Assembly: GCA_038198475.1 (NCBI GenBank)
Contig: JBBPZW010000122.1
Location: 1,001 to 65,000 of the forward strand
Direction: 5' to 3'
DNA length: 64,000 nt
DNA from: Chthoniobacterales bacterium
GTDB taxonomy: Bacteria > Verrucomicrobiota > Verrucomicrobiia > Chthoniobacterales > UBA10450
Made by a program: the position numbers and the translations under genes. Below the pieces are notes generated by a model. That model ran no database searches. It was not told the origin of the DNA and saw only the letters and a program-made list of their open reading frames with translations. Below are positions 20,166 through 31,400 of this stretch, piece after piece (the stretch's first letter is position 1; every line of letters begins with the position of its first letter).

Positions 20166-21875
20166 ATGAGCCGGGCCCATATTCTCAACACGCGGACGAT
20201 CAACTTTCTTGAGCTCATCGGGAATGGGAAGGTTTTTCGCGTTCCGCCCTATCAACGCGATTATTCCTGGTCAGAGGAGCAATGGGAGGATCTCTGGACG
20301 GACATCCTGGAGATGCGGCAACAACCCGAGAGTCGACACTACATGGGCGCGCTTGTCGCCCAAGCGGAGAGCGATCGTGAATTTGTCGTCATCGACGGCC
20401 AACAGCGGTTGGCCACACTCAGCATCTTTGCCCTCGCAGTCATTCAGAAACTTGAGCACATGGCTAACCAAGGGATCGAGCCAGAGGCGAATAAAACTCG
20501 TGCGGGGGAACTGCGTGGCCGGTTCATTGGCGAACGCGATCCAGCCTCTCTGATTGAATCCAGTCGCCTTCTCTTGAATGAGACCGACAACGCCTTTTAT
20601 CAGGACTACCTCATACAGCTCAACGAGCCCCGTAACCCGAGAGGACTTCCAAAATCTAATCGCCTCCTTTGGCAGTGTTTTCGTTATTTCGCGGCGAAGC
20701 TCGACAAGCTAGACGATGTGCAGACAGATGGCGAAAGCCTGGCTCGCATTCTTTCGGAGACAACGGCCCGGCAACTCCTTTTCATCCTCATCACAGTCGA
20801 CGACGAACTGAATGCATACACGGTTTTCGAGACTTTGAACGCTCGCGGTCTGGAACTGACCACGACTGACCTGCTCAAGAATTATCTGTTTTCAAAAATT
20901 AAAGTCTCCGCGGACTTGGCGGCATTACAAAGGCGTTGGCGCTCGCTTGTCGCGACGGTTGCACAGGAGCGTTTCCCGGAATTTCTCCGGTACCACCTCC
21001 TATGCGAGCAGCCGAAGGTGCGAAGCCAGCGCCTCTTTAAGATTGTCCGCGAACGGGTCAAGACTCCCGAAGACGTCTTCAGCCTGCTCAAGGCCTTGGA
21101 ATCCCGCTCCGAATTATTCGCTGCGCTTTCCGACCGCAATCACGGCTACTGGACTGATCGGCCTGACGCGAAGCCGTTCATTCGCGACTTAAACCTATTT
21201 CGAGTTCGGCAAATGACGCCGCTTTTTTTCGCCGCCTGGGAACGATTCGATCCCGACGACTTCGTTCGCACGCTAAAGCTAGTAAGTATTGTTTCCTTTC
21301 GCTTCACGGTAGTGAGCGCGCTTAATACCAATGCCCTCGAACCGGTCTCTCATGAGGCAGCGAAGGCTGTTCTCGATGGTGCAGCCAAAGGGCCGCAGGG
21401 CGTCTTTGAAATACTTCGACAAGTCTATGTCGATGATCAGAAATTCCGCAATGACTTCGCTCAGCTCGTCGTTGACACCCACGGGTACCGTCGCCGTCTG
21501 GCGCGCTACATTCTTTGCAAGCTAGAGGAAGACGCTTCCGGACGTGCCTGTGATCCTGAAACCGATCCGGGAACCATTGAGCACGTCCTGCCGGAAAATC
21601 CTTCAGAGGAATGGACTGATACATTTCCCCGGCAACTCTGGGACGCCGCTCTTTACCGCATGGGCAACCTAACGCTTCTAGAGCCACGCCTGAACCGTGA
21701 CGTCGGCAATGCAATTTATCCGGTGAAGCGCAAAGCCTATGTCGAAAGCGGATATGATATTTCGAAGGCAATCCCCGCGCTTGCGCCCGAAGACTGGACC
21801 TTCGAACATCTCGAAAGTCGTCAGCTAAACCTCGCGAAGCGCGCAGTTCACGTGTGGAGGTCGGATTTTGCTTGA
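20166..21875 (+). CDS. DUF262/DUF1524 protein (GmrSD-like type IV restriction enzyme family)
   Basis: N-terminal [12 protein letters not shown] and [10 protein letters not shown] (DUF262, ParB-like). C-terminal IEHVLPENP...[15 protein letters not shown] (His-Me finger, DUF1524). Confidence 0.85.
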   Translation: MSRAHILNTRTINFLELIGNGKVFRVPPYQRDYSWSEEQWEDLWTDILEMRQQPESRHYMGALVAQAESDREFVVIDGQQRLATLSIFALAVIQKLEHMANQGIEPEANKTRAGELRGRFIGERDPASLIESSRLLLNETDNAFYQDYLIQLNEPRNPRGLPKSNRLLWQCFRYFAAKLDKLDDVQTDGESLARILSETTARQLLFILITVDDELNAYTVFETLNARGLELTTTDLLKNYLFSKIKVSADLAALQRRWRSLVATVAQERFPEFLRYHLLCEQPKVRSQRLFKIVRERVKTPEDVFSLLKALESRSELFAALSDRNHGYWTDRPDAKPFIRDLNLFRVRQMTPLFFAAWERFDPDDFVRTLKLVSIVSFRFTVVSALNTNALEPVSHEAAKAVLDGAAKGPQGVFEILRQVYVDDQKFRNDFAQLVVDTHGYRRRLARYILCKLEEDASGRACDPETDPGTIEHVLPENPSEEWTDTFPRQLWDAALYRMGNLTLLEPRLNRDVGNAIYPVKRKAYVESGYDISKAIPALAPEDWTFEHLESRQLNLAKRAVHVWRSDFA

Positions 21876-22302
21876 TCTCGTTGGCCGTATTCCGTCTGGC
21901 AAAGATCCGTCGGGAGCTTGGACTACATTCATGGAGGACTTTCGCTCCCTCATCGAATCCACCGTACTAGCCAACCGCTTGCAGGCAAACTGGCACGACC
22001 CAATTCGTGATCCGGATGGCAAGTATGTCGTCGACTATCGGGTCAACAGTATGGCGCAACCCGTCTTGATCTTCGCCTTACCGAGCGACGATAAGGTTCG
22101 CGACGCGACGATTACCTTGTTGCAGTTGGAGAAATGGGAGCGTCCCTTCCACTCGCTTGCCGTGTTTGAAGATCAGGAAGAGGTGAATCGTAAGGTGCTC
22201 GCCCGATTCACAGATGTTTGTGAGAAACAGTTTTCCAGTCTCGGGGCAAACAAGGAGAGCATTGTGCGGTATCTCGATGAGACGATGGACCAAGGCGATT
22301 AG
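21868..22302 (+). CDS. hypothetical protein (island orphan 1)
   Basis: 144-aa ORF in operon position. The start is unclear: TTG at 21868 overlaps the upstream stop, or the internal ATG giving MEDFRS. I recognise no motif. Confidence 0.5.
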   Translation: MLDLVGRIPSGKDPSGAWTTFMEDFRSLIESTVLANRLQANWHDPIRDPDGKYVVDYRVNSMAQPVLIFALPSDDKVRDATITLLQLEKWERPFHSLAVFEDQEEVNRKVLARFTDVCEKQFSSLGANKESIVRYLDETMDQGD

Positions 22303-22325
22303 GTTTCATGATGTAGCGATCTGGG

Positions 22326-22967
22326 ATGCAATATCAGAAGGGAATCGCAGAGGAGTATGAGACGAAGCGCCAAATTGCGCTGCTGGCGGGTGCATCGTAC
22401 GTCGTCCGCACAATCAATGACGACGAATTGCGCCGGGTAGAGCGCCAGGACTTTGCGAAGTTGCAATGGCGACCCGAGTCACGGCTTTTCGTTATACGAG
22501 GCGCTGCTGGAAAGCTTGTCGCTCGCTTTGGCGTCCTCGACAAATCGGAGTGCTTCATGCGACTGAGGGAACCTGTGAGAAAACCCGTTTTCGCCTCACT
22601 GGCCTTGCTTCACGCGGAGGCATACGAACCGGCGGAATTTGTGTTGAAGCACCTCCAAAATCCGATAGTCAGCATCTATAAGCCCGCGAAGAGGCTTAGC
22701 TACGTGGGGCTTTCGATCGGCGACCGTGAAAAGCGCTACTCAGCAGTCTTGTCGCTCAAGGGTGATTGCTTGCTGGCTATTGACTTCGAACCAACTGTTG
22801 GTGGAGGCGGCGGAAGAGAAGCAACGACCGGTGGTCCAGTTAATCACAGCAGAGCGGAAGTAGAGCGCACCGCGCTGCGGGAGGCACTGACTGGAGCCTT
22901 CTTTTTGCCGGACCACTCAAACAGCTGTAACACCCAGGTCGCGTTCGAGCGCCGAACAGCGAACTAG
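22326..22967 (+). CDS. hypothetical protein (island orphan 2)
   Basis: 213-aa ORF, same strand, 23 nt after the previous gene. Contains a Gly-rich linker (GGGGG). I recognise no family. Confidence 0.55.
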   Translation: MQYQKGIAEEYETKRQIALLAGASYVVRTINDDELRRVERQDFAKLQWRPESRLFVIRGAAGKLVARFGVLDKSECFMRLREPVRKPVFASLALLHAEAYEPAEFVLKHLQNPIVSIYKPAKRLSYVGLSIGDREKRYSAVLSLKGDCLLAIDFEPTVGGGGGREATTGGPVNHSRAEVERTALREALTGAFFLPDHSNSCNTQVAFERRTAN

Positions 22968-22993
22968 GAATGCCTCCGACCGTTTTGTAGCAG

Positions 22994-25885
22994 ATGACTA
23001 CGCCCATCAAACTCCGCAAGAAACTCATCGAAGTCGCCCTGCCGTTGGAGGCGATCAACAGGGCGGCGGCGCGGGAGAAATCGATTCGGCACGGGCATCC
23101 GAGTACGTTGCATCTTTGGTGGGCGCGGCGGCCGCTAGCGGCGGCGCGGGCGGTGATCTTCTCTCAGATGGTGGATGACCCGTCGGCCAGTCCTGATTTG
23201 TTTCCGACGGAGAAGGCGCAGGAGAAGGAGCGCAAGCGGCTCTTCAAAATCATTGAGAAGCTGGTCCTCTGGGAGAACACGACCAACGAAGAGGTGTTGC
23301 AAGAGGCGCGCGACGAAATCTGGGAGAGCTGGCGGCGCACTTGTGCCGAAAATGCCGGCCATCCGCGGGCGAAAGAACTCTTCGATCGGCACAAGCTACC
23401 CGCGTTTCATGATCCCTTTGCCGGCGGCGGCGCGCTGCCGCTGGAGGCGCAGCGGCTCGGACTGGAGGCATATGCCAGCGACCTCAACCCCGTGGCCGTG
23501 CTCATCAACAAGGCCATGATCGAGATTCCGCCGAAGTTCGCGGGCCGGCCGCCGGTGAATCCTGACGCACGGAAAGGGAAGCTGGACATCAAGACATGGC
23601 GCGGCGCGCAGGGGCTGGCCGAGGACGTGCGCTACTATGGCCAGTGGATGCGCGACGAGGCGGAGAAGCGCATCGGGCATCTCTACCCGAAGATCGAGAT
23701 CACCGCCGCGATGGCGCAGGAGCGGCCCGACCTGAAACCGCTCGTCGGCCAAAAGCTCACCGTCATCGCGTGGCTCTGGGCGCGGACGGTGAAAAGCCCG
23801 AACCCGGCGTTTCGCCAGGTGGACGTGCCGCTCGCCTCCACCTTCATGCTCTCGACCAAGCCGGGCAAGGAAGCCTGGATCCAGCCGGTAATCGTGGACG
23901 GTGGCTACCGCTTCACGGTGAAGGTGGGCAAACCGAAGGACGCCGAAGCAGCGAAGGCCGGCACCAAGCTCGCACGCGGCGCGAACTTCGGGTGCGTGAT
24001 GTCCGGCACGCCGATGACGGGCGACTACATCAAGGCCGAGGGCAAGGCCGGGCGAATGGGCGCACGGCTCATGGCCATCGTGGCGGAGGGGCAACGCGGG
24101 CGTGTTTATCTCGCGCCCACGCCGGAGCACGAGACCACTGCGTTGAAAGGCAAACCAGAGTGGAGACCGGAGCAATCGCTCCCAGACGACCCGCGCAATT
24201 TTTGGACCGTGCAATATGGCCTGACGACCTATGGCGATCTTTTCACAACCCGGCAACTTGTAGCACTGACGACATACTGCGATCTCGTCAGCGAAGCGAT
24301 CGAGGTCATCCGTCACGACGCGCTCGCGGCTGGCCTCGCCACCGACCTCAAGCCCCTTCGAGAAGACGGAATTGGGGCGAAGGCATATGCTGAGGCGGTT
24401 GGAGTCTATCTCGCGTTCGCAGGCGATAAAGCGACCGACTATTGGTCGAGCGTTTGTTCATGGCACTCAAGCAAGGAGCTTATCCGTAATACATTTGGAC
24501 GGCAGGCAATTCCGATGACTTGGGATTACGCTGAAACGAATCCATTTTCACAATCTGCTGGCAACGTCTCCAGTGGTATAGAATGGGCGCAGAAGGCTCT
24601 GAGCGCCTTTCCGACAACAAGAGTGGAAGGATTCGCGACGCAAAGTGACGCGCAGAATCAGACTGTGAGCATCGACAAGGTCGTCTCGACCGACCCGCCC
24701 TATTACGACAATATCACCTACGCTGACCTCTCCGATTTCTTCTATGTTTGGCTCCGTCGTGCGCTGCGATCCACCTTCCCGGAAGTTTTCGCCACTCTCG
24801 TGGTTCCGAAGGCTGAGGAGTTGGTCGCGACGCCATACCGACACGGCACCAAAGAAAAGGCAGAAGCATTTTTTCTTGAGGGCATGACGAGCGCGATGCA
24901 CCGGCTTGCCGAGCAAGCGCATCCGGCATTTCCCGTCACGATCTACTACGCCTTCAAACAATCGGAGAGCGAGAGCGAGTCTGGCACCGCAAGCACGGGC
25001 TGGGAGACATTTCTCAACGCGGTGATTCGTGCTGGCTTTGGCACCAGCGGCACATGGCCGATGCGCACGGAACTTGGCAATCGTATGATCGGCAGGGACA
25101 CCAACGCCCTTGCCTCCAGCATCGTCCTTGTCTGCCGTCCGCGAGCGGCGGATGCGCCCACGGCGACGCGGCGGGAGTTCGTGGCCACGCTCCAGCGGGA
25201 GCTGCCGGAGGCGTTGCGGCATTTGCAGGCGGGCAACATCGCCCCGGTGGACCTCGCGCAGGCCGCCATCGGCCCCGGCATGGCCGTCTTCACCCGCTAC
25301 GCCCGGGTGCTCGACGCGCAGGACAAGCCGCTCGGCGTGCGCGACGCGTTGAAGGCGATCAACCAAGTCCTCGACACCGCGCTCGCCGAACAGGAAGGCG
25401 ATTTTGATTCCGACAGTCGCTGGGCCATCACCTGGTTCGAAGAGAACGGGTTTAACGAAGGCGAATACGGTCGCGCCGAGCAACTATCGAAGAGCAAGAA
25501 CACCAGCGTCACCGGCATCGAGGCCGCGGGCATCGCCAAGGCAAAGGCCGGCAAAGTGAGCCTGCTTAAGCCTAACGAGTTGCCGGCCGACTGGGATCCT
25601 GAGACAGACTCGCGCCTCACGAACTGGGAGATGGTTCATCATCTTATTCGCGCTCTGGAATCCGACGGCGAATCGGCCGCGGCCCAGATCGCGGCCAAGC
25701 TGGGCGGAAAAGCCGAAACGGCGCGCGAGCTTTGCTATCGTCTCTACACTCTCTGCGAACGGAAGAAGCGCGCTGCGGAAGCGCTTTCCTACAACGGTCT
25801 GGTGCAAAGCTGGCCGGAGATCATCCGCCTGGCGAAAGAGCAGGAGCAAGCCATCCCGAGGCAGAGCAGTTTGGCAGGATTATGA
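22994..25885 (+). CDS. DUF1156-type DNA methyltransferase (N6-adenine/N4-cytosine class, DPPY motif)
   Basis: N-terminal [37 protein letters not shown] (DUF1156 hallmark), SAM motif [15 protein letters not shown], catalytic [23 protein letters not shown]. Confidence 0.9.
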   Translation: MTTPIKLRKKLIEVALPLEAINRAAAREKSIRHGHPSTLHLWWARRPLAAARAVIFSQMVDDPSASPDLFPTEKAQEKERKRLFKIIEKLVLWENTTNEEVLQEARDEIWESWRRTCAENAGHPRAKELFDRHKLPAFHDPFAGGGALPLEAQRLGLEAYASDLNPVAVLINKAMIEIPPKFAGRPPVNPDARKGKLDIKTWRGAQGLAEDVRYYGQWMRDEAEKRIGHLYPKIEITAAMAQERPDLKPLVGQKLTVIAWLWARTVKSPNPAFRQVDVPLASTFMLSTKPGKEAWIQPVIVDGGYRFTVKVGKPKDAEAAKAGTKLARGANFGCVMSGTPMTGDYIKAEGKAGRMGARLMAIVAEGQRGRVYLAPTPEHETTALKGKPEWRPEQSLPDDPRNFWTVQYGLTTYGDLFTTRQLVALTTYCDLVSEAIEVIRHDALAAGLATDLKPLREDGIGAKAYAEAVGVYLAFAGDKATDYWSSVCSWHSSKELIRNTFGRQAIPMTWDYAETNPFSQSAGNVSSGIEWAQKALSAFPTTRVEGFATQSDAQNQTVSIDKVVSTDPPYYDNITYADLSDFFYVWLRRALRSTFPEVFATLVVPKAEELVATPYRHGTKEKAEAFFLEGMTSAMHRLAEQAHPAFPVTIYYAFKQSESESESGTASTGWETFLNAVIRAGFGTSGTWPMRTELGNRMIGRDTNALASSIVLVCRPRAADAPTATRREFVATLQRELPEALRHLQAGNIAPVDLAQAAIGPGMAVFTRYARVLDAQDKPLGVRDALKAINQVLDTALAEQEGDFDSDSRWAITWFEENGFNEGEYGRAEQLSKSKNTSVTGIEAAGIAKAKAGKVSLLKPNELPADWDPETDSRLTNWEMVHHLIRALESDGESAAAQIAAKLGGKAETARELCYRLYTLCERKKRAAEALSYNGLVQSWPEIIRLAKEQEQAIPRQSSLAGL

Positions 25886-26721
25886 CCACTAATTCCCACC
25901 AGCCTCCATTTTACCGGCGGCCGCCTGTCATCGAGCGAGTGGTCGGTGTGTATGCTGAGATGAGCGACGAAGTCTTTGAAGGGCGCTTCGACGAGTGGCG
26001 CGCCATAGTGGAGAAGGAGTATCCGGTTTATGAGCCACTGACTGAATGGCTAATTCAAGTGAAGGACACAGATCATCGTGAGGAAGGAGCAATTCCTCTC
26101 TTCGACACGATGCAGCCAGAACTGCGAATCACGCCTCGCTTCTCGCGAAAGTCGTCAAAAGAGAATTTCGACTGGAGCATACGGTGCCCGCGGGGCCAGT
26201 TGACCATGAACATGCACTCCCGTCCCACTCAAGGAGCGGAGCGGCGATATGATACTCTCCGGGCCGAGTTCTCGCGCTGGCTGCCAAGATGGTTGGCGCA
26301 TTTCTCCGTGGAGTCGATGACGCGGGTCACGGCGCATTATGTAAACCTGGTAAACCGGCATACGGTGCCCGCGTTCGTGACCAAAGAGGGACGACTCCTG
26401 CTCGATCAAGTCGTCGCTGTTTTCTCGCAGATTCCCGGGGAACACGAGTGTCTTATCCCGCCTTATGACTGCAAGGCGACGCTGCTCCTGCAGGGACAGG
26501 ATGGTGCAACTTTGCGGCTGAATGTCAACGATTGGTCCAGCAAGGAATTGGGAGCAGCAGTGCGAGTGGATTTCATCGTGGACGCTCCAGCGCAAAACTT
26601 GGAGGCTTCGGGGGAGAAGATTCTGCAATTGCTCGATTGGTGTCACGAGCGTATCATCGAGCGCTTCGAAGTCGTCTTTACCGAGAAAGCCAAAAAGACA
26701 TTTGAGCCTGTAACCGAATGA
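25882..26721 (+). CDS. TIGR04255-like conserved hypothetical protein
   Basis: The ATG overlaps the methyltransferase stop (ATGA at 25882-25885). At 279 aa, its size and N-terminus ([16 protein letters not shown]) resemble what I recall of the TIGR04255 family. This needs an HMM check. Confidence 0.55.
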   Translation: MTTNSHQPPFYRRPPVIERVVGVYAEMSDEVFEGRFDEWRAIVEKEYPVYEPLTEWLIQVKDTDHREEGAIPLFDTMQPELRITPRFSRKSSKENFDWSIRCPRGQLTMNMHSRPTQGAERRYDTLRAEFSRWLPRWLAHFSVESMTRVTAHYVNLVNRHTVPAFVTKEGRLLLDQVVAVFSQIPGEHECLIPPYDCKATLLLQGQDGATLRLNVNDWSSKELGAAVRVDFIVDAPAQNLEASGEKILQLLDWCHERIIERFEVVFTEKAKKTFEPVTE

Positions 26722-27341
26722 TTTTCGCTCCCGCGTTGCCACCACCTCCGGACGCAGAAGCCGCGGAATCCTACTCACCCCAGCTTCCCTCACGGCTTAT
26801 CGCCCGGATCGAGCCGACCTGGCTCAGAAGGCAGCGGTACGCCTATAAACGGTCGGTTCTGCCCATCGAAGGGGGTCGAGTTCTTTTACGCCTGACGGAG
26901 CCGCCGATGATCGAGGTCGATCCTGCATCGAAGGAATGTGAGGTCATCGGATGGGGAATCCGCATGTCGCGAGATTTCATCCATGAACTGCCAAAGAAGA
27001 TGGCACGACGTTTTCTCGATCTGTTCAGCAAGGCGGACTCCAGCCGGTTGAATGAGGAGGAGCGCCAATGCTGGATGGGGATTCTCGATCAGGTGGATTT
27101 CCCGGCGTTCTGCATCGACCGGGCAGCCCCGCATTACCTGGAGGGGAGGTTGGCTCGGCTTGATCCAGTCTGTCTAGTTGATTGGCACGATGGAGAGCGC
27201 CAGCAGATCGGGCGGGAAGCGGCGCGCTCGCTCGGATGTTTACGCCCGGGAGACGAGTTCGGCGCCTATGTGAAACTGGGGAAACAGAATTCGGTTCTTT
27301 CCATTGAGCGGATCACGCTCCTGGCGCCGGTGGAGGAATGA
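26718..27341 (+). CDS. hypothetical protein (island orphan 3)
   Basis: 207 aa with ATGA overlaps to both neighbours (26718-26721 and 27338-27341). I recognise no motif. Confidence 0.6.
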   Translation: MIFAPALPPPPDAEAAESYSPQLPSRLIARIEPTWLRRQRYAYKRSVLPIEGGRVLLRLTEPPMIEVDPASKECEVIGWGIRMSRDFIHELPKKMARRFLDLFSKADSSRLNEEERQCWMGILDQVDFPAFCIDRAAPHYLEGRLARLDPVCLVDWHDGERQQIGREAARSLGCLRPGDEFGAYVKLGKQNSVLSIERITLLAPVEE

Positions 27342-28393
27342 CCGGGGCTGAGCTCACCATTGATCTATGGGACGTAGGACAAGGTGATTGCACCGTCATT
27401 CGTCTCCCCTCTGGCGGATTGTTGATTATCGACGTAGGGCCGAAAGGAAGTCCGGTGGTGGACTGGCTGAACGAGCGAGGGCGAAGCCCCGCGCAGATTG
27501 AAGCGATTGTTCTAACCCACAATGACGCTGATCATGCAGGGTCGCTGCCCGCGATCATTGCAGAACATAAGCGGCGTATCGGAGCAATCTGGATGTTGCT
27601 CGACCGTGAGATTCACGATCCGCGCTTTCAGAAAATCTTCCGCGCTGCTCTCGAAGGAGAGGATCAGGGTTTCTACAAAATTCGCCGGGTAGAAGATGGG
27701 CAGGAGCTTTGGGCTGACCCGTCCGACCGGACCAGGATTCACGTTATTCATCCTCGCTTCTCTCAGAATATGCTCGCTGCGAACCCCAATGAATCGTCAG
27801 GCGTGATCGTCCTGGATTCGGAGGGACGGCGGCTCTTTGCGTGGCCCGGGGATTTGGAAATCCGAAAGGCAGCGTCCGTCTTGGCAGCGAATAAACCGTG
27901 GATGCTCTTTGGGCCGCACCACGGCGGCCCCTCTGATTATCCGACGAAAGCGCTTCGGAAACGGGCTCCAAGGGAGACATTGAGGAATCGGATGGCTGAA
28001 ATTCGCAATGCTGCTGCGTCACTAAACCCTGCACGGGCGTTTATCTCCGTGGGCACCAGAAACAAGCACAACCATCCTCGACCTGGTTATTTGAGGTTGC
28101 TCGCAGCGACCGGATCCCGAGTCGTTTGTTCTGAACTGACCACGTGTTGCGAGCGAGAAGCCATTCGTCATCACCGGCACGTCTTGCAGGGATCGGGCCT
28201 GCTTGGGCTTCGCCCGGCACGCTCCGGTGTTTCGTGTCGCGGCTCGATGCGGCTTTATCTAAAAGATGGCGCGTTGTTCCCGGATGAATTCGATCAAGAG
28301 CATCTACGGCGGGTTGCCACCTTACTGCGGCCCCAGTGTCTTCGCGTCGGGGATTGGCGACGCGGCAAGCAGTTACCGATTTTCCGAGATTGA
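27338..28393 (+). CDS. MBL-fold metallo-hydrolase (ComEC/Rec2 C-terminal-like)
   Basis: LWDVGQGDCTVIRLPSGGLLIIDVG and THNDADHAGSLP (HxHxDH-type metal motif variant), with a later GPHHG, typical of the ComEC-type beta-lactamase fold. Confidence 0.75.
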   Translation: MTGAELTIDLWDVGQGDCTVIRLPSGGLLIIDVGPKGSPVVDWLNERGRSPAQIEAIVLTHNDADHAGSLPAIIAEHKRRIGAIWMLLDREIHDPRFQKIFRAALEGEDQGFYKIRRVEDGQELWADPSDRTRIHVIHPRFSQNMLAANPNESSGVIVLDSEGRRLFAWPGDLEIRKAASVLAANKPWMLFGPHHGGPSDYPTKALRKRAPRETLRNRMAEIRNAAASLNPARAFISVGTRNKHNHPRPGYLRLLAATGSRVVCSELTTCCEREAIRHHRHVLQGSGLLGLRPARSGVSCRGSMRLYLKDGALFPDEFDQEHLRRVATLLRPQCLRVGDWRRGKQLPIFRD

Positions 28394-28420
28394 AAGGGAG
28401 TTGGCGACACCGGAGCGAGT

Positions 28421-31400
28421 ATGGCGATCACGAACACAGAACGCGTCGGCAAAGCGATGGAACTCTTGCGCGAAGGCTTGCGGCCCTTCGTCCAGCGCGA
28501 GCTAAAGGCGGAATACGGGGAGCAGACTTGGTTTGAAGAAACAAAGAAGATGCTCACGCAGCAGCAGCTCAACTTTGTGAAGAAGAAGGGCGAGCCGGAG
28601 TGGGATGTGGCGATGCTGCTCGGTGTCCTCTGGAACCAGTGGAATGAAGTCTTCCGGAAAACGCTCGGACACGCCGAACGCAGTCTGGTGAGTGAGCTGC
28701 GAGACTCGCGCAACAAATGGGCGCATCAGCAGCCCTTCAGCACGGATGACGCCTATCGCGTCTTCGATAGTATCGGTCGCCTGCTGGCCGCCGTGTCCGC
28801 GCCCCAAACGGCCGAACTCGACAAAATGAAGATGGAGCTCCTGCGGCTCCGCTTTGACGAACAGGCACGAGGAGAGAAACGGAAGGCGGTTGGTTCATTG
28901 ATCGAGACCGGGAGTGCGTTGCCACCGTGGCGGGAAGTCATCACGCCGCACAAGGATGTGGCGAGTGGTCGCTATCAACAGGCGGAGTTTGCCGCTGATC
29001 TCTGGCAGGTGCACCTGGGCGAAGGAACCGACGAATACAAAAAGCCCACGGAGTTCTTCCGACGCACCTACCTGACGGAGAGCTTGCGTCGATTGCTTGT
29101 CGGCGCGGTGCAACGTCTGACCTCAAACGGCGGTGATCCGGTCGTGCAACTTCAGACGAACTTCGGAGGCGGCAAGACGCACTCGATGCTGGCGCTCTAT
29201 CATCTCTTCTCCGGTGCAACGCCCGGCGAGTTGGCGGGGGTCGACGCAGTCATGGCCGAAGCCAACGTGAACAGTCTGCCGAAAGCGAAGAGAGTCGTGC
29301 TCGTGGGTACAAAGATTTCGCCGAGCACCCCAAGCACAAAGCCGGACGGAACGGTGGTGCGGACGCTGTGGGGCGAACTGGCCTGGCAGCTAGGTGGCAA
29401 GAAGGCTTTCAAGAAAATCGCCGCCGATGACGAGAAAGCGACCAGCCCCGGCGATCTGATCCGAGAGCTGCTGAACGAATACGGGCCGAGCCTGATCCTG
29501 ATTGATGAGTGGGTCGCCTACGCGCGGCAGTTGCACGATCAAAGCGACCTGCCGGCCGGCGGTTTCGAGACGCAATTCTCCTTTGCCCAAGCGCTCACGG
29601 AATCGGCCAAGCTGGCGAAGAATTGTCTGCTGGTGATTTCGTTACCGGCATCTGATACCGGCACGTCACCGCACGCGCAGGCAGACGATACGGAAGTAGG
29701 TGGCGTCCGCGGGCGAGAAGCCCTGGATCGACTGCGCAATGTGGTCGGCAGACTGGAATCATCGTGGCGACCGGCGACGGCGGAGGAAGGCTTCGAGATT
29801 GTCCGCCGGCGGCTTTTTGAGCCGCTCACGGGTGACCAATTTAAGAATCGCGATGTGGTGGCGCGGGCTTTTGCCGACTTGTATCGGGCGCAACACGCGG
29901 AATTCCCGCCCGAGTGTCGCGACAGCGAGTACGAGACGCGGCTTAAGGCTGCTTATCCGATTCACCCGGAGATCTTCGACCGACTCTACACCGACTGGTC
30001 GACGCTGCTCAAGTTCCAGCGGACGCGCGGCGTGTTGCGCCTGATGGCCTCGGTCATTCATTCGCTTTGGGAGAAAGGTGACCGCAATCCATTGATTCTG
30101 CCTTCGATGATTCCAATTGATGATCCGCGAGTCCAATTCGAGCTGACGCGGTACCTTTCCGATAACTGGGTTCCAGTGATCGAGAAGGACGTGGACGGAC
30201 CAAACTCTCTTCCGCTGCGGATTGATGGCGAGGTTGCTAACCTCGGCAAGCTGCACGCGACACGAAGGGTGGCGCGGACGATCTATCTAGGCTCCGCTCC
30301 GACTTCCGCTGCGGCGCATCGAGGAATTGAAGATCGTCGAGTGAAACTCGGGTGTGTCATGCCAGGCGAAGCGCCCGCGCACTTCGCAGACGCGCTGCGT
30401 CGGCTGACAGCAACGGCTACTTATCTTTATCAGGACGGGCCCCGTCTTTGGTATTCGACCCAGCCGACGGTCACAAAACTGGCTGAGGATCGCGCCGACC
30501 AGCTTAAGCGCGATACCGACAAGGTCGCGATGGAACTCGATCGTCGGCTTCGGAAGGATTTGGAAAAGAGAGGGAACTTCGCCCGCGTTCACCCAATGCC
30601 GCGAAACAGCGGGGATGTTCCTGACGATCTCGACGCCCGACTCGTCGTTCTCGGCATCGACCACGTCTATACAAAGGAAGCCGGGAGTCCTGCGGAAACG
30701 GCTGCGAAAACAATCCTCGAAACGAGAGGCAATACGCCTCGGATTTACAGAAACACGCTGGTGTTTCTCGCTCCAGATAAGGTTCGTCTGCAAGACTTGG
30801 ACGAAGCCACTCGCAAGTATCTCGCTTGGGAGTCGATCCTGGCGGAAAAGGAAAGTCTCGATCTTTCCCCATTCCAAGTGCGGAACGCCGAAACGCAAAA
30901 GACTGCGGCCGATAGCGCGGTGACGGCGAGATTGCCCGAGACTTATCAGTGGCTTCTCGTTCCGATCCAAAACGGTCCGCAAGGAGCGATTGAATGGCAG
31001 GCATCCCGCCTTTCTGGAAGCGACAGTCTGGCCGTCCGCGCCAGCAGGAAGATCGTTTCCGAGGAACTCTTGATTCCTAGCTTTGGTGCGAACCGCCTGC
31101 GCATGGAACTCGATCGCATCCCTCTGTGGCGGGGTGACCATGTGCCGATCAGGCAGTTAGTCGATGACTTTGCTCGCTATCTCTATCTGCCACGTCTGAC
31201 CGATTCCTCCGTCCTCGTGAATGCGATTCGCGATGGGCTTACTTTGCTAACGTGGGTGGAGGACTCCTTCGCCTATGCCGAAAGCTATGATGAAAGCGCT
31301 GGTCGATATCGTGGGTTACGCGGAGGTCAGGCCGCGGGAATTTACGACGCGAACGACCCAGGATTGTTGGTCAAGCCCGCCGTCGCCAAGCCCGTTCTGG

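Noticed and set aside
23396-25483. Two long antisense ORFs (306 aa and 311 aa) inside the methyltransferase gene
   Set aside because: The translations are Arg/Ala/Gly-rich with no domains. The opposite strand carries unmistakable DUF1156 and DPPY motifs.
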